Shown here piece by piece: positions 19,022 to 28,539 of a stretch of DNA of 64,000 bases. The stretch is taken from IMG/VR virus record IMGVR_UViG_3300034200_001961; one strand, written 5' to 3'. This stretch comes from an uncultured virus (IMG/VR IMGVR_UViG_3300034200_001961) (taxonomy: Duplodnaviria > Heunggongvirae > Uroviricota > Caudoviricetes). The notes below the pieces were generated by a model, which did not search any database, was not told the DNA's origin, and saw nothing but the letters and a program-made list of their open reading frames with translations. The position numbers were made by a program, and so were the translations under genes. How positions within the stretch are numbered: position 1 is the first letter of the stretch; every line of letters begins with the position of its first letter.

Positions 19022-19651
19022 TCACGACGGCAGCCCCGCCCGCTCGAGGTCACCGGCCATCTGCCGCCCCTGCCAGGTGGCCGAGCGCATCAGCCGCTCC
19101 TGCACGTCAGCTGCCGTATGGCCGTCCCACTCGGGGGCCAACGGCAGCTCTATGACGTGCGAAATGGCTCTGATCGCTCCCAGGTCGCTCACCGGCAAGT
19201 GATAGGTGACACGCTCCCACTGCTGCTCACCCGTGCGGACGTCCATGCCGGCCACAAAGAACCCCTCGGACATCCTGCCGTCGCCGTGCTTGAGCGAAAA
19301 CCAGGGATTGCAGTCCTCGGCCGTGGCGGCCATCAGCGCCAGGAACAGCGCGTGCCGGTGCTCGTAGAGCTCGCGAAAGGTGTGGTACCCGTCGCTGGTG
19401 TCCTCGTTGGCCGGGCGTCTCCTGGCCTCGTCATAGCCCGTCATGATGGCGTTGGCGAACCAGCCGAGCATGGCGTCGGTGGTGTCGACCTGCAGGCCGT
19501 CACCGTGCAACTGGGCAAGCCTGGTGTCCGGGTTGATCGCCACGAACGCCTTGGCCCAAGCCATCGCATCCATCGAGCAGTGCCAGTGCTTCCCGTCGGA
19601 ACCGCGAATGCCGTCTGCGGGGCCAGGAATCGGGTGCATCGGTAGATCCAT
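19022..19651 (-). CDS. tad1: Tad1-like immune-signal sponge fused to an N-terminal unknown domain
   Basis: C-terminal half carries SDGYHTFRELYEHRHALF, WFSLKHGDG, FFVAG, TYHLP and APEWDGHT, the signature motifs of the Tad1 (WDGH) family. Confidence 0.75.
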   Translation of the reverse strand: MDLPMHPIPGPADGIRGSDGKHWHCSMDAMAWAKAFVAINPDTRLAQLHGDGLQVDTTDAMLGWFANAIMTGYDEARRRPANEDTSDGYHTFRELYEHRHALFLALMAATAEDCNPWFSLKHGDGRMSEGFFVAGMDVRTGEQQWERVTYHLPVSDLGAIRAISHVIELPLAPEWDGHTAADVQERLMRSATWQGRQMAGDLERAGLPS

Positions 19652-19653
19652 GA

Positions 19654-20832
19654 TCAGTAGTCCCAAGTGACGAAAGGTGAAACGCCGGCCCTCGGGTGGA
19701 ACCCGCCGCCGTTGCGCTTGTCGATGTGCAGGAACCCTTTGCGGCGTCCGTCGCCTAGGGCACCGCTCCAGCGAGGCTTAAGCCACCAGAACATACCATC
19801 GAGATCGCCGTCGGCTGGGCAAATGTCCAAGGCGTCTCCCACGACATGTCGGCTGTTTGCCACCCCGCCGGCCGCCCGGTTGTAGGGCTCAGGCCGGTAG
19901 CCGCTAGTGAGAAGCACTGCTCCGTTCCAGTGGTCCCGGATCGCATCAGCGTCACGAATCACCGCCAGGATGTTCTTTTCCTCGGGCGAGCCAGCTGCCG
20001 GGCGCCGGCGCAAGTCTCCCCGCAGGACTTCGCGAACCGTGAAGTACCGGCCCACGGGCGCGTTCAGATCGGTCCAGTCCACGGTGGTGATCCGCCCGAT
20101 CGCGGGAACTGGCGCGACCTCGGGGGCAAAGTGGGGCCCGAAAATGTACCACTGGCCGGGCTCCCCCTCGACGGTCACCAAGTCGTGCGCGTCGCCCGCA
20201 ATCTCTTCGATTGAGGTAAAGCGGATCAACTGATTCGGCGCCACCTTAATTCGCCCAGAGGCAGAAAGGTAGCTGCTGGGGATTGGAGCCTTTTTCAGGA
20301 ACGTGTCCTGCGTGGCCTTCAAGGTCTGGGTCATGACGGTTTCAAGGTTCCAAAGGGCTGCTTCACGCTGACGACGGTTGGTGAGTTCAGGCGAAAGTCT
20401 ACCAAGGTTGTCGCGATCGAACTTCAGCAACAAGGACTCGATTGCGCCCGGATAGCTCCAGATCGAGCGCAGCTGCCGGCGCCTATGCACTTGCTCGTGC
20501 TGCACCCCCCGCTCATCGCCGCAGCCCGGGCCCAACAAAAAGGCCAGCACCGCCGCTCGCTGCGACGGCCCCAGCAGATCCCAGCCTGCCAGGGTCTTGC
20601 GGGCCAGCTCGTCGCAAGAAAGCAGTGCCTGCGACAGCAGGGCATCCGCCTGCGCCTGGGTCGCCCGATCCCCCAGGATCACCCCGGTCCAGCCGTGCAT
20701 CGTCAACCGATACCCAACTTCCGCAACCCCGGACTCGTTCAGGCGTGCCTTTTCGATCAGGGGCGTCGTTTCGCGGACCAGATCGGCGGCCTGGCTCAGC
20801 GCCCGGGTGCCACGCTCAGGCAGGGGCCCCAA
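19654..20832 (-). CDS. Endolysin: degenerate lysozyme-like domain + linker + peptidase M15
   Basis: TSGYRPEPYNRAAGGVANSRHVVGDALDI and GFLHID are M15 zinc peptidase motifs; LTNRRQREAALW resembles a GH24 lysozyme C-terminus; exact start uncertain. Confidence 0.85.
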   Translation of the reverse strand: MGPLPERGTRALSQAADLVRETTPLIEKARLNESGVAEVGYRLTMHGWTGVILGDRATQAQADALLSQALLSCDELARKTLAGWDLLGPSQRAAVLAFLLGPGCGDERGVQHEQVHRRRQLRSIWSYPGAIESLLLKFDRDNLGRLSPELTNRRQREAALWNLETVMTQTLKATQDTFLKKAPIPSSYLSASGRIKVAPNQLIRFTSIEEIAGDAHDLVTVEGEPGQWYIFGPHFAPEVAPVPAIGRITTVDWTDLNAPVGRYFTVREVLRGDLRRRPAAGSPEEKNILAVIRDADAIRDHWNGAVLLTSGYRPEPYNRAAGGVANSRHVVGDALDICPADGDLDGMFWWLKPRWSGALGDGRRKGFLHIDKRNGGGFHPRAGVSPFVTWDY

Positions 20833-21040
20833 CGGCCTGGGCCAAAACAGCGGTGACTGCCGCCTGGTCGCTCATATCGACTCCGGCCGCCTGAGCGATC
20901 GCCGCCACCCCGGCATGGCCGGGAAGCTCTCCGCCCTGGGACAAGACGTGCTGCTTGAGCCCGTTCTTGTAGGCCAAAGCCATAGCCGAACCCGGTTGCT
21001 GCAAATGGGGGGCCGAGGCCACGAAGTTGGAAGCGTTCAT
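20816..21040 (-). CDS. Small hypothetical protein
   Basis: 74 aa, TGATG-coupled to 21040..22206. Confidence 0.55.
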   Translation of the reverse strand: MNASNFVASAPHLQQPGSAMALAYKNGLKQHVLSQGGELPGHAGVAAIAQAAGVDMSDQAAVTAVLAQAVGAPA

Positions 21041-22206
21041 CAGTTCTCACCCATCAGCTGGCGGGACATCAGGGCTTGGGGTAGCGCGTCCATGTTCTGG
21101 CTGTAGAGCGCAGCAGCGGCCCTGGGGTCGCTGTCCATCAAAGCGAAAACGGTCGCCAGGATGTCATTGCCGTTCGCGCTGCCACCCTGCCCCGGGGGCC
21201 GCATCTCCAGTTGCGGGCGCTGATACAAGGACTGGCCTTGGGGCTCGGGGGGCTGAGCCTGGAACTGGGGTTGACCCTGAGCCTGGAGCTGGGGATAGCC
21301 CTGGGGCGTGCCCCCAACGGGGTACTGGTCGTAGCTTTCCATCAGCTCGGGGGCTCGCGCACCGCTCCTGGGGGGCAGCATGCGTCCGCTGGATTCGCCG
21401 TAGGCCACTTCGGCGGCCAGGCGGTCACGAGGACCTTCCTGGACGGGAGCTGCAGGCAGCCCACCGGGGCCACCGGGGCCGAAAAACTCAGTAGTGTACT
21501 GGGCCAGCAGGGAAGGGCTTGAGAGGATAGTGTGATAAGCCGCGTTGTCCTCGGCGGCTGCGGTGATCAAGGTGTGAGCGTTCTGCAGGTTTTGGTGAAG
21601 CTGCTGGGCCTGGGCAGTCACCTCGAGAGTCTGCTGGGCCTGACGCAACAGAGCGTCCTCAATCACGCAGGAATAATGATTGAGCAGCGCCGGGGCCTCG
21701 GGGCCAAAATGCTGCAGAACCTCAAGACTTGCGCCGCTGAGGCCGTCCAGGTACTGGTCGCCCGTTGGTGCGGCGGTAGCCAACTGCGAAGGGGTCACCG
21801 CCCGCTGCTGGAGCTGGGCCTGGGCCGGATGCGGCTGGGAGTAGGGCGCGGGGCTGTAAACCGGTTGCTGGAACACCTGGGGCGGGGCCATCACCCCAGC
21901 CGGAGCTGGAGCCGGGGCGGGCACTGGCTGGGTCTGCGGCCAGAACTGAACCGGGGCCTGGTAGCTGGGCGTCGCGCTCGAAGAGCTGTAAAGCCCTTGA
22001 AGGGCCGCGTCCCATTGGCTCACCGCCTGGGGCGCCGGTTGGGAATAGGGCACTACCAGGGCCTGTGGCGCCGGAGCCGTCTGGTACGAAGGTGGGTGGC
22101 TCGCCGCCGGTGCTTGCTGGTAGGCCTCTGGCGAGGCGGGAGCGCTGGAAGGCATCGAGTCCTGCGGGATCGCCGGAGCCTGAGGAGTCGCGGTAGGTCC
22201 CTGCAT
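21040..22206 (-). CDS. Putative capsid scaffolding/assembly protein
   Basis: 388 aa, Pro/Gln/Ala-rich with a central coiled coil, downstream of portal; function inferred. Confidence 0.6.
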   Translation of the reverse strand: MQGPTATPQAPAIPQDSMPSSAPASPEAYQQAPAASHPPSYQTAPAPQALVVPYSQPAPQAVSQWDAALQGLYSSSSATPSYQAPVQFWPQTQPVPAPAPAPAGVMAPPQVFQQPVYSPAPYSQPHPAQAQLQQRAVTPSQLATAAPTGDQYLDGLSGASLEVLQHFGPEAPALLNHYSCVIEDALLRQAQQTLEVTAQAQQLHQNLQNAHTLITAAAEDNAAYHTILSSPSLLAQYTTEFFGPGGPGGLPAAPVQEGPRDRLAAEVAYGESSGRMLPPRSGARAPELMESYDQYPVGGTPQGYPQLQAQGQPQFQAQPPEPQGQSLYQRPQLEMRPPGQGGSANGNDILATVFALMDSDPRAAAALYSQNMDALPQALMSRQLMGEN

Positions 22207-23953
22207 AGGTCAGCTCTCGCTTGAGGAAATCGAAGGCCCGGTAGATGTAGGGCGTCAGGTCCAGTCTAGGGTCTGCCAGGAGCGGCAGATTAGGGGCCTG
22301 AGGATGCGGCGTTTGCTGCATCTGGGACACCAGCGACAGAAAAGTCGCAATACTGGCCTGGGTCTGCTGCGCCATCCTAAACGGGAAGCCGCTCAACATT
22401 GCACTTCGTTCTTCATCTGTTTTGTCGGGGAACAGATGACGCAAGGCCTCAACCGAGGCAACTCCCAGTTCTTGCAGGTTGCGCACCACAATCGACTTCT
22501 GCAGGATGTCATCCGCCGAGTCCTCGAACACTGGCCCGCGCCAGCGCCAATCCACCTGGCGGTCCCCGTCGGGAATCAGTCCCGTTACCCCAGGCGGCAT
22601 GGCCTGCTCTTGCACCGCCTTGCGGATTGCCTCTTCGAGCTTGGCGTCGTACTTGGCCATCGCCGCGTCGAACGCCTCGGCCTCCTTGCGGAACTTCTTG
22701 GGATCGGTAATCTCTTCCTGCAGAGGCGCCTCAGGGCGCTTCATTTTGATCGCCGCGGCGAACGATTCGCGAAACACCCGCTCCTCGTTGTAGATGATCA
22801 GCGCCAGCAGCTTGCACAGCCCGTAGGTGAGCAGTCCGCGGCACTTCCGCCCGGCCGTGGCGGCAGGCCGGCCAAACAGGCTCTTGATCTCGTAGGCAGT
22901 TGCCCCGCTACTTATCCCCAGCTCGTCGACGCCACCCAGGACCCCCCGCAGCTCTTCGCGGTACTGACGAGCGTAGAGATTTTGATCGCCACTGACCGAG
23001 TCTGGCGTGATATACGCCACCCGGTCAGTGGGGTCCACGTTAGAAATAATTCGAGCAATCTTGAAGCCACGCTCACGCCCGCCCCCCGAGCCCGCTGGCG
23101 GCGACATCCGCGTTGAAGGCGCCCCTTCGCCAGAGAAGCCAGCCTGAGACGCAATTGTCGGCCGCTGCGCCGGCGATCCAGTCGAAGCCTCGGTCGTGAT
23201 GTCCGTCTTGGGTCTTGAAGACACCAGGGTCGGGTTGCCAAAAAACCTGATGTTTTCCCTGATGTTGCCTACCAGCTCGTCGTGGCCGGTTATTTGCGAC
23301 TCCAGCCAATCGAAGTCACCGGTGGCGTCCATCCCGGTGGACCTCATTTTATTGAAAGCTTCTACCGCCGGGATGAAGCCCAGGGAATTGCGCACCGTCC
23401 TGGTTCTGCCGAACATCTCGCCTGTGAACGGCCCGGCCGCGTCAAGGTTCGGCCGCGACATCAGGATCGTTTCACGAATCGAGTCCCGGCGTACCACAAG
23501 CTTCACCCACTGCTGCATCTGGCCGTTGGGCCCGGGATTGGCCGACATCCCCGCCCCTGGCTTTACCTCGTAGCTGTAGACCAGGATCAGCTCGTCGATC
23601 TCAGCCATCGCGTCGTAATACGCCCGGTAGTCGCTCTTAGGGAACCACAGGATCCGGTAACTATCCCTGACCGGGCGGAAGAACCAGATCCCCTTGCCGT
23701 CCAGCAAGAAGTCGTCAACCACGCCCTCCAGACGCTGATCGACCTCGTTCTCGGTGATCAGATTCTGCAGAAACGTCTTGCGATGCCCGAAGGTGTCCTG
23801 CTTGGGGTAAAACTCGATACCTTGCCGCAGCATGAACAGTTGCTGCTGGACCAAGTGGCCGCCCACCACCAAAGTGTCCGATTCACCAGATGCCGTGCGG
23901 GACCTGAGAGCCTCTAGTAACTCACGAAAACGTTGGGATTTGGCTGCCGGCAT
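21722..23953 (-). CDS. Portal protein
   Basis: 743 aa immediately after TerL; NSLGFIPAVEAFN and helical portal-like organisation; low-complexity C-terminus overlaps the next gene. Confidence 0.7.
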   Translation of the reverse strand: MPAAKSQRFRELLEALRSRTASGESDTLVVGGHLVQQQLFMLRQGIEFYPKQDTFGHRKTFLQNLITENEVDQRLEGVVDDFLLDGKGIWFFRPVRDSYRILWFPKSDYRAYYDAMAEIDELILVYSYEVKPGAGMSANPGPNGQMQQWVKLVVRRDSIRETILMSRPNLDAAGPFTGEMFGRTRTVRNSLGFIPAVEAFNKMRSTGMDATGDFDWLESQITGHDELVGNIRENIRFFGNPTLVSSRPKTDITTEASTGSPAQRPTIASQAGFSGEGAPSTRMSPPAGSGGGRERGFKIARIISNVDPTDRVAYITPDSVSGDQNLYARQYREELRGVLGGVDELGISSGATAYEIKSLFGRPAATAGRKCRGLLTYGLCKLLALIIYNEERVFRESFAAAIKMKRPEAPLQEEITDPKKFRKEAEAFDAAMAKYDAKLEEAIRKAVQEQAMPPGVTGLIPDGDRQVDWRWRGPVFEDSADDILQKSIVVRNLQELGVASVEALRHLFPDKTDEERSAMLSGFPFRMAQQTQASIATFLSLVSQMQQTPHPQAPNLPLLADPRLDLTPYIYRAFDFLKRELTYAGTYRDSSGSGDPAGLDAFQRSRLARGLPASTGGEPPTFVPDGSGATGPGSALFPTGAPGGEPMGRGPSRALQLFERDAQLPGPGSVLAADPASARPGSSSGWGDGPAPGVPATGLQPRALLPAASGPGPAPAAGGDPFAVGYRRTNGRPVPGRPQRRKS

Positions 23954-23954
23954 T

Positions 23955-25553
23955 TCAGTATTCGACCTCGACCGCGGAGCGGCTCATCAGTGACTGAACC
24001 ACAATGTTAAGACTGTCCGCGCAGTCGTCATTCGTGCAGTGGCCGAAATTGACGACCTCATCGATCATCACCTTGAAGTCCCGGTACCGGTTGAACCGGA
24101 CCTTGCCGGTCTGCAGCAGCCCCATTATTCCCCGCAGGCGCGCCATTTTGTCCCCCCTCAGCCCCTTGATCGGGCTGGGCCGCAGGTTGAACAGCTGCCG
24201 CTCCTCGTGGCAGATTCGCTGGAAATCCCCGCTGAACGACTTCTGGTAAGCCACTGCTTCCGGCCAGATCGTCACCTCGCTGGACGTCGCAAAGAACTGA
24301 GGCTTCCCGTCGCTCAGCGGCTCCCCCTCCCGCAGCAGGTTCCACTCGACCAGCAGCTCGCAGAGCGCATCGATCTTCTCGAGGTTGCCGATCGTGCGCA
24401 GCCGCCGGTAGTCGATTATGTAACAGGCATCCCCCAGGCGGCCGGCCAGCGTGAACACGGTCCAGTCGTGCCGTTCGGTAAGCCCGGCCGACAGGTCGAT
24501 CCCGACTCCGATCTCGTCGTAGACCTCGGGGAGCTCGACCATGCGGAACAGGCTCGGGTTGATCCCCAACTCGGTGGTTGACACCGGTTGGTTGAGGTAC
24601 TGATACGCGAAGGCGACGTGGTCCTTGGTCTGCTTGCCCAGCAGATACTTGAGACTCCACATCCCCGGCCAGTAGCTGCGTGGCGTGCCGTCGTCGCTGT
24701 ATTCGATCGCCGCCTGCCTGATCACCTTCCAGCCGTTCTTGGGTACGAAGGCGGTCGCGAACATGTCGTCAAAGTGGAACCGGGTACCCAGTACCAGCGA
24801 GCGGCCGCCCTCGAACCGGGTGGGCTCAATCACCGCGCTCCAGTTGTGCTCCATCTCCCGGCGCACGTCCGGATTCGCGATGTCCGACTGGCTCTTGATC
24901 AGATCGTCCACTACGATTAGGCTGGCCCGCTTCGAGGTGATTGCGCCTCGCAGGCCGGCGCAAGCCAGGGTGAAGGCGTCCTCCCCTCGCACGTCGATCC
25001 CCGCGAAAGTGAAGTCGATCTCCCATAGCTCATCCCCCTTCTTCTGCCGGCTGAGGCGCACATTCGGAAAGATCAGCCGGTAGTCGTCCGAATTGATGAT
25101 CGACTTGACCGCCGCGCTCTTGGCCTTTGCCACCTTCACGTTGTAGGACACGTAGAGAACGCGCAGCAGCTTGTGCTCCAGGGCGTGCTTGCCGATCAGC
25201 CAGGCCAGCAGCATCGCCACGAAGGTGGACTTGGCGCTTCCCCTGGGGCTCAGCAGCGCCGTATCGGGCCCAGCGATATGGCTCAGGTGCTCGTTGCTCT
25301 GGCCTGTGAGAAAGACCTCGTACCACTCGCGCATGTGCCGCGGCGGCGGCTTGCCCATGCGGGTGCAGAATGCCTCGAAACTCTCGCGGGCTGCCAGGAT
25401 CTCCGCTGGCGTCTCGTCGGCAACCTCCTTTACCTCGGGCGCGCCCTGAGCGAAGGGCACGACAGGGTTGGCCGCCGCGGCAGAAGCCATGGCCGACACC
25501 GCAGCTTCACGGGCAGCCCGGCGGTAAGCGAGAACGCGAGACGTGGCCGGCAT
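23955..25553 (-). CDS. terL: Terminase large subunit
   Basis: Walker A PRGSAKST, Walker B LIVVDD, GTRFHFDD, FAYQYLNQP, nuclease GIDLS...DWT and NDDCADS. Confidence 0.93.
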   Translation of the reverse strand: MPATSRVLAYRRAAREAAVSAMASAAAANPVVPFAQGAPEVKEVADETPAEILAARESFEAFCTRMGKPPPRHMREWYEVFLTGQSNEHLSHIAGPDTALLSPRGSAKSTFVAMLLAWLIGKHALEHKLLRVLYVSYNVKVAKAKSAAVKSIINSDDYRLIFPNVRLSRQKKGDELWEIDFTFAGIDVRGEDAFTLACAGLRGAITSKRASLIVVDDLIKSQSDIANPDVRREMEHNWSAVIEPTRFEGGRSLVLGTRFHFDDMFATAFVPKNGWKVIRQAAIEYSDDGTPRSYWPGMWSLKYLLGKQTKDHVAFAYQYLNQPVSTTELGINPSLFRMVELPEVYDEIGVGIDLSAGLTERHDWTVFTLAGRLGDACYIIDYRRLRTIGNLEKIDALCELLVEWNLLREGEPLSDGKPQFFATSSEVTIWPEAVAYQKSFSGDFQRICHEERQLFNLRPSPIKGLRGDKMARLRGIMGLLQTGKVRFNRYRDFKVMIDEVVNFGHCTNDDCADSLNIVVQSLMSRSAVEVEY

Positions 25554-25607
25554 CCTGCCAGGCTAAAGCAAGACGCATGAGACGCAAATTGAGACAGCTT
25601 GGCCGGC

Positions 25608-26120
25608 CTAGCGCTCGTCTATCAGGACTGCCCACACTGCCTTGAACGCTTGAGCCAACGCTGACTCCATGTCGACGCTTCCCGCAAAGATTGTCCGCAG
25701 CTCTCGCATCACCCGATCTGCCCCGGCCATCATCAAGCCCCGCCTATCGAGGGTTCGCGCCATCTTGTCCACTTCGGTGAGATGCCCCCGTAGCTCCCGC
25801 GAGAGGAACGCAATCCGCGAGTACCCCTCCTTGGCGTCCAGGGCCTCGCTGGCTATCAGGGCTCGGGCGTTCGCAATGTCGGTCTTCAGCTTGTCCGCTT
25901 CTGCCAGCAACACCTTGCGCCGGTCTGTCCGTGGATACAGCTCATTGGCCCAGGCGATTAGGTCGCCCATTGAGCCGGTGTACCCCAGCACTGTCGCCAG
26001 AGTCCAAATCTCGATCGGCGAAGTGGCGGTCTCCACCGTGTCAATGAACAGCTCTCGATCGGTGTCAGCCAGCATGCGCAGAAATTGCGTCACCTGGCTG
26101 ACCGCCTGCGCAGGCATCAT
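25608..26120 (-). CDS. Putative terminase small subunit
   Basis: 170-aa helical protein directly upstream of TerL; positional inference. Confidence 0.45.
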   Translation of the reverse strand: MMPAQAVSQVTQFLRMLADTDRELFIDTVETATSPIEIWTLATVLGYTGSMGDLIAWANELYPRTDRRKVLLAEADKLKTDIANARALIASEALDAKEGYSRIAFLSRELRGHLTEVDKMARTLDRRGLMMAGADRVMRELRTIFAGSVDMESALAQAFKAVWAVLIDER

Positions 26121-26683
26121 CCGTAGTACCTCTGGCCTTGCTGACGGACCCGGTCCCTGTCACTATCCCGCAGCCGGTTCGTGTTGTCCGTCGCGTTGTT
26201 CTGCGACAGCCGGCTCTCCTCGCCCTGTACCCGGTAGCCCAGCCGGTCCTGCTCGCCTCGGGCAGCCACCCCAAGCCGGTCCTGCTCGCCACCGGTGACA
26301 AGGCCTCGCCGCTGCTGGTCCCCTTGGGTCATGATCTGGTCCTTGGTCAGTTCGCCTTCAACGCTCATCAATTCTTTTTTCGAGCCGGTCTCGGCCGCCA
26401 GGAGTTCGAGGGTATTCCCCTTGCGCAGGTTTTCAACACTCTGCTGGTACCGCGTCAGCGACCCCAAGAAGGCGTTATCGTACTCGATCTGCGCCGCTGT
26501 GTTGAGGCCCGTCCCATAGCTATCTGCAAGCTTCCCAACCGCGACCCCCGAGAGTGCTTCATTGCCGGCATACTTGTTCGCCAGATTCACCAGTCCCGAC
26601 TGAGACCTGTCATAGATCGATGCCGCGACGCTCCCCCCGTAGGGTTGCACGCCAGAGCCAGTACCCGATGCAAGAGATGCCAT
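26117..26683 (-). CDS. Putative internal virion/ejection protein with 11-aa GEQDRL repeats
   Basis: G(D/E)Q(D/Q)R repeats at 11-aa spacing; 17-bp DNA duplication at 26241-26257 and 26274-26290. Confidence 0.6.
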   Translation of the reverse strand: MASLASGTGSGVQPYGGSVAASIYDRSQSGLVNLANKYAGNEALSGVAVGKLADSYGTGLNTAAQIEYDNAFLGSLTRYQQSVENLRKGNTLELLAAETGSKKELMSVEGELTKDQIMTQGDQQRRGLVTGGEQDRLGVAARGEQDRLGYRVQGEESRLSQNNATDNTNRLRDSDRDRVRQQGQRYYG

Positions 26684-26686
26684 GGC

Positions 26687-27232
26687 TCAGACGAAAAGAG
26701 AAACAATCGGTGCAATGGCACCAGTCAGCTCGAAGAGGGTCTCGGTGAAACCCTTGGGCTTCATCAGTACGTCCCGCATCAGCTGCAGCCGGGCGGCATC
26801 ATTGGTCTGCTCGCCAGTGACGGCCGTGGACACCCTGTCGTTGGTGTCTTTGCCCAAGCCAACATAGCGGTCGGCGACCGTTAATCCCTGATTGAAGGTC
26901 TGGCCTCCCAGCCTGAGCTGATTGTCGGTGTAGTTATTTCTTATCGCCTTGTTCTCGTCCACCCGGATCTGGCTGCCAGTCCTGGCTTCCTCTCGCAGCA
27001 GGGGCGCCATGCGCATTCTGCCGTAGACGCCGTTATCAATCCCTCGCCTCTGCGACCAATCGGTTCGGTAGGCGTCCTGCCACGCCTGTTCCCTCAGGCC
27101 CTCCCCCATCTGCGTTGGCGACGACAATCCCGGCGCGACCACAGCCTCTTGCGGCTTGCTGGCAGGCACCTTCGGCACTTCCGGCGACTTGTAGGTGTAG
27201 GGGTTCGGCTTGAACAGATCGAGTGGATTCAT
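26687..27232 (-). CDS. Putative internal virion protein
   Basis: 181 aa, tightly packed in the late operon, hydrophobic C-terminus. Confidence 0.6.
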   Translation of the reverse strand: MNPLDLFKPNPYTYKSPEVPKVPASKPQEAVVAPGLSSPTQMGEGLREQAWQDAYRTDWSQRRGIDNGVYGRMRMAPLLREEARTGSQIRVDENKAIRNNYTDNQLRLGGQTFNQGLTVADRYVGLGKDTNDRVSTAVTGEQTNDAARLQLMRDVLMKPKGFTETLFELTGAIAPIVSLFV

Positions 27233-27235
27233 GGC

Positions 27236-27748
27236 TCAATTCCTCATGGTTGGTGCGGGGAGGCTCGATCGGGCTCTATCAGCGTTCGTTGCTGCGCCAA
27301 GGTAAGTCTGCAGCAGCGGCGCGTTCCCGGCCTGCGCCCCCTCAAAGGTGGCCAGCCCTGTCCCGTAGCGGTTGCCCGCCCGGGTGAGTCCATCACCTTG
27401 GGGGGCAAACAACTGCCCCATCGCCCATTCCTTCGCCCCCGAGCCCCGCAGGCCAAAGGCGGACTGCAGAAGCCGATCCGCCAGCGTCGCCTTGCGGGTT
27501 TGCTTGCGCTGCTTCTCCAGCGCCGCAATCTCGGTCTTCTGCTCCAGGGTCCGCTGGCGATTGACCAGGGTCGTGTTGGCCAGTTGCGCCTGGTTGTTGA
27601 GCCCAGTCTGGGCCAGTGGCGCTATCAAGGCAGCCGTCTGCATCGGCATCTGCCCAAGCAGCATGTCCGAGCCGTTATCGAACACCGTCCCTTGGAGCGG
27701 GGCGACCGGGCGAAACGTCTGAGTGTAGGCACCAGCAAGAGCGCTCAT
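27236..27748 (-). CDS. Putative internal virion protein
   Basis: 170 aa Ala/Gln/Gly-rich, operon packing. Confidence 0.6.
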   Translation of the reverse strand: MSALAGAYTQTFRPVAPLQGTVFDNGSDMLLGQMPMQTAALIAPLAQTGLNNQAQLANTTLVNRQRTLEQKTEIAALEKQRKQTRKATLADRLLQSAFGLRGSGAKEWAMGQLFAPQGDGLTRAGNRYGTGLATFEGAQAGNAPLLQTYLGAATNADRARSSLPAPTMRN

Positions 27749-27754
27749 AGCCGA

Positions 27755-28492
27755 TCAGTACGGATTGGGCATTGAAAGAATCTGCTGAGCCGCCCCTGAC
27801 ATCGCTCCCAGGGCCTGGTTGGACCCGCCCTGGGCCATCGCCAGTACCGCCTGGGCGTAGGCGGCCTGCTGGCGCGCCTCGAGGTCTGCCTTCATGCGCA
27901 AGATGTCGTTCTGCCGGGCCAGCGCCATCTCCTGCTCAGCGATCGGCAGGTTCGCCTGCCGGCGGCGAGAATCCATCGTGATCCCAGCCTCGTTGGCGTT
28001 GAGGGCGTTTTGAATGGCCTTCTGCTCGGGAGTGTCAGATCGAGTCAGCCCCACCAGGTCCGTCGCTCCCCGCAGCCCCGCCTTGCCCACCTGACTGCCT
28101 GCCAACCCCAGCCCGGCAGCCGCGAGCCATCCCATGGGACCGCTCATTCCGAACGCCAGTGGCGCCAACGCGGCCAAGCTACCCACGCCCGCACCGGTGG
28201 CGTCCACCAGGTTCTGCTGAGGGGTTTCACTCTTGTCCCCCATCTCGCCGGCAGCGGCCAGCAACCCGCCGATACCAGCCCCGCCAGCGATCAGCCGTTT
28301 GCGGCCCATGCCGCCGGCAAGGCTGCTCAGCGAAGACATCAGGTCGCCGGCCCAGCGAGGACCGCCCGAAATACCGCCACCGGCGCCGCCAGAAGACGGA
28401 GGCCTCGCAACCTCGGCATCAATCGCCTCAGGAGTAACCCTCGCGTAGCGCGGTCTGACCGCCAGCGGACCGCCTGGGACGTACGGTGGCAT
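27755..28492 (-). CDS. Putative ejection/pilot protein with glycine-zipper hydrophobic helices
   Basis: LIAGGAGIGGLLAAAG and GAGVGSLAALAPLAFG...WLAAAGLGLAG segments followed by a coiled coil. Confidence 0.6.
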   Translation of the reverse strand: MPPYVPGGPLAVRPRYARVTPEAIDAEVARPPSSGGAGGGISGGPRWAGDLMSSLSSLAGGMGRKRLIAGGAGIGGLLAAAGEMGDKSETPQQNLVDATGAGVGSLAALAPLAFGMSGPMGWLAAAGLGLAGSQVGKAGLRGATDLVGLTRSDTPEQKAIQNALNANEAGITMDSRRRQANLPIAEQEMALARQNDILRMKADLEARQQAAYAQAVLAMAQGGSNQALGAMSGAAQQILSMPNPY

Positions 28493-28539
28493 CTCCGAGA
28501 CGGCGACGAAACTCCCCAGATTCTAAGCGCTCTGAGGCC

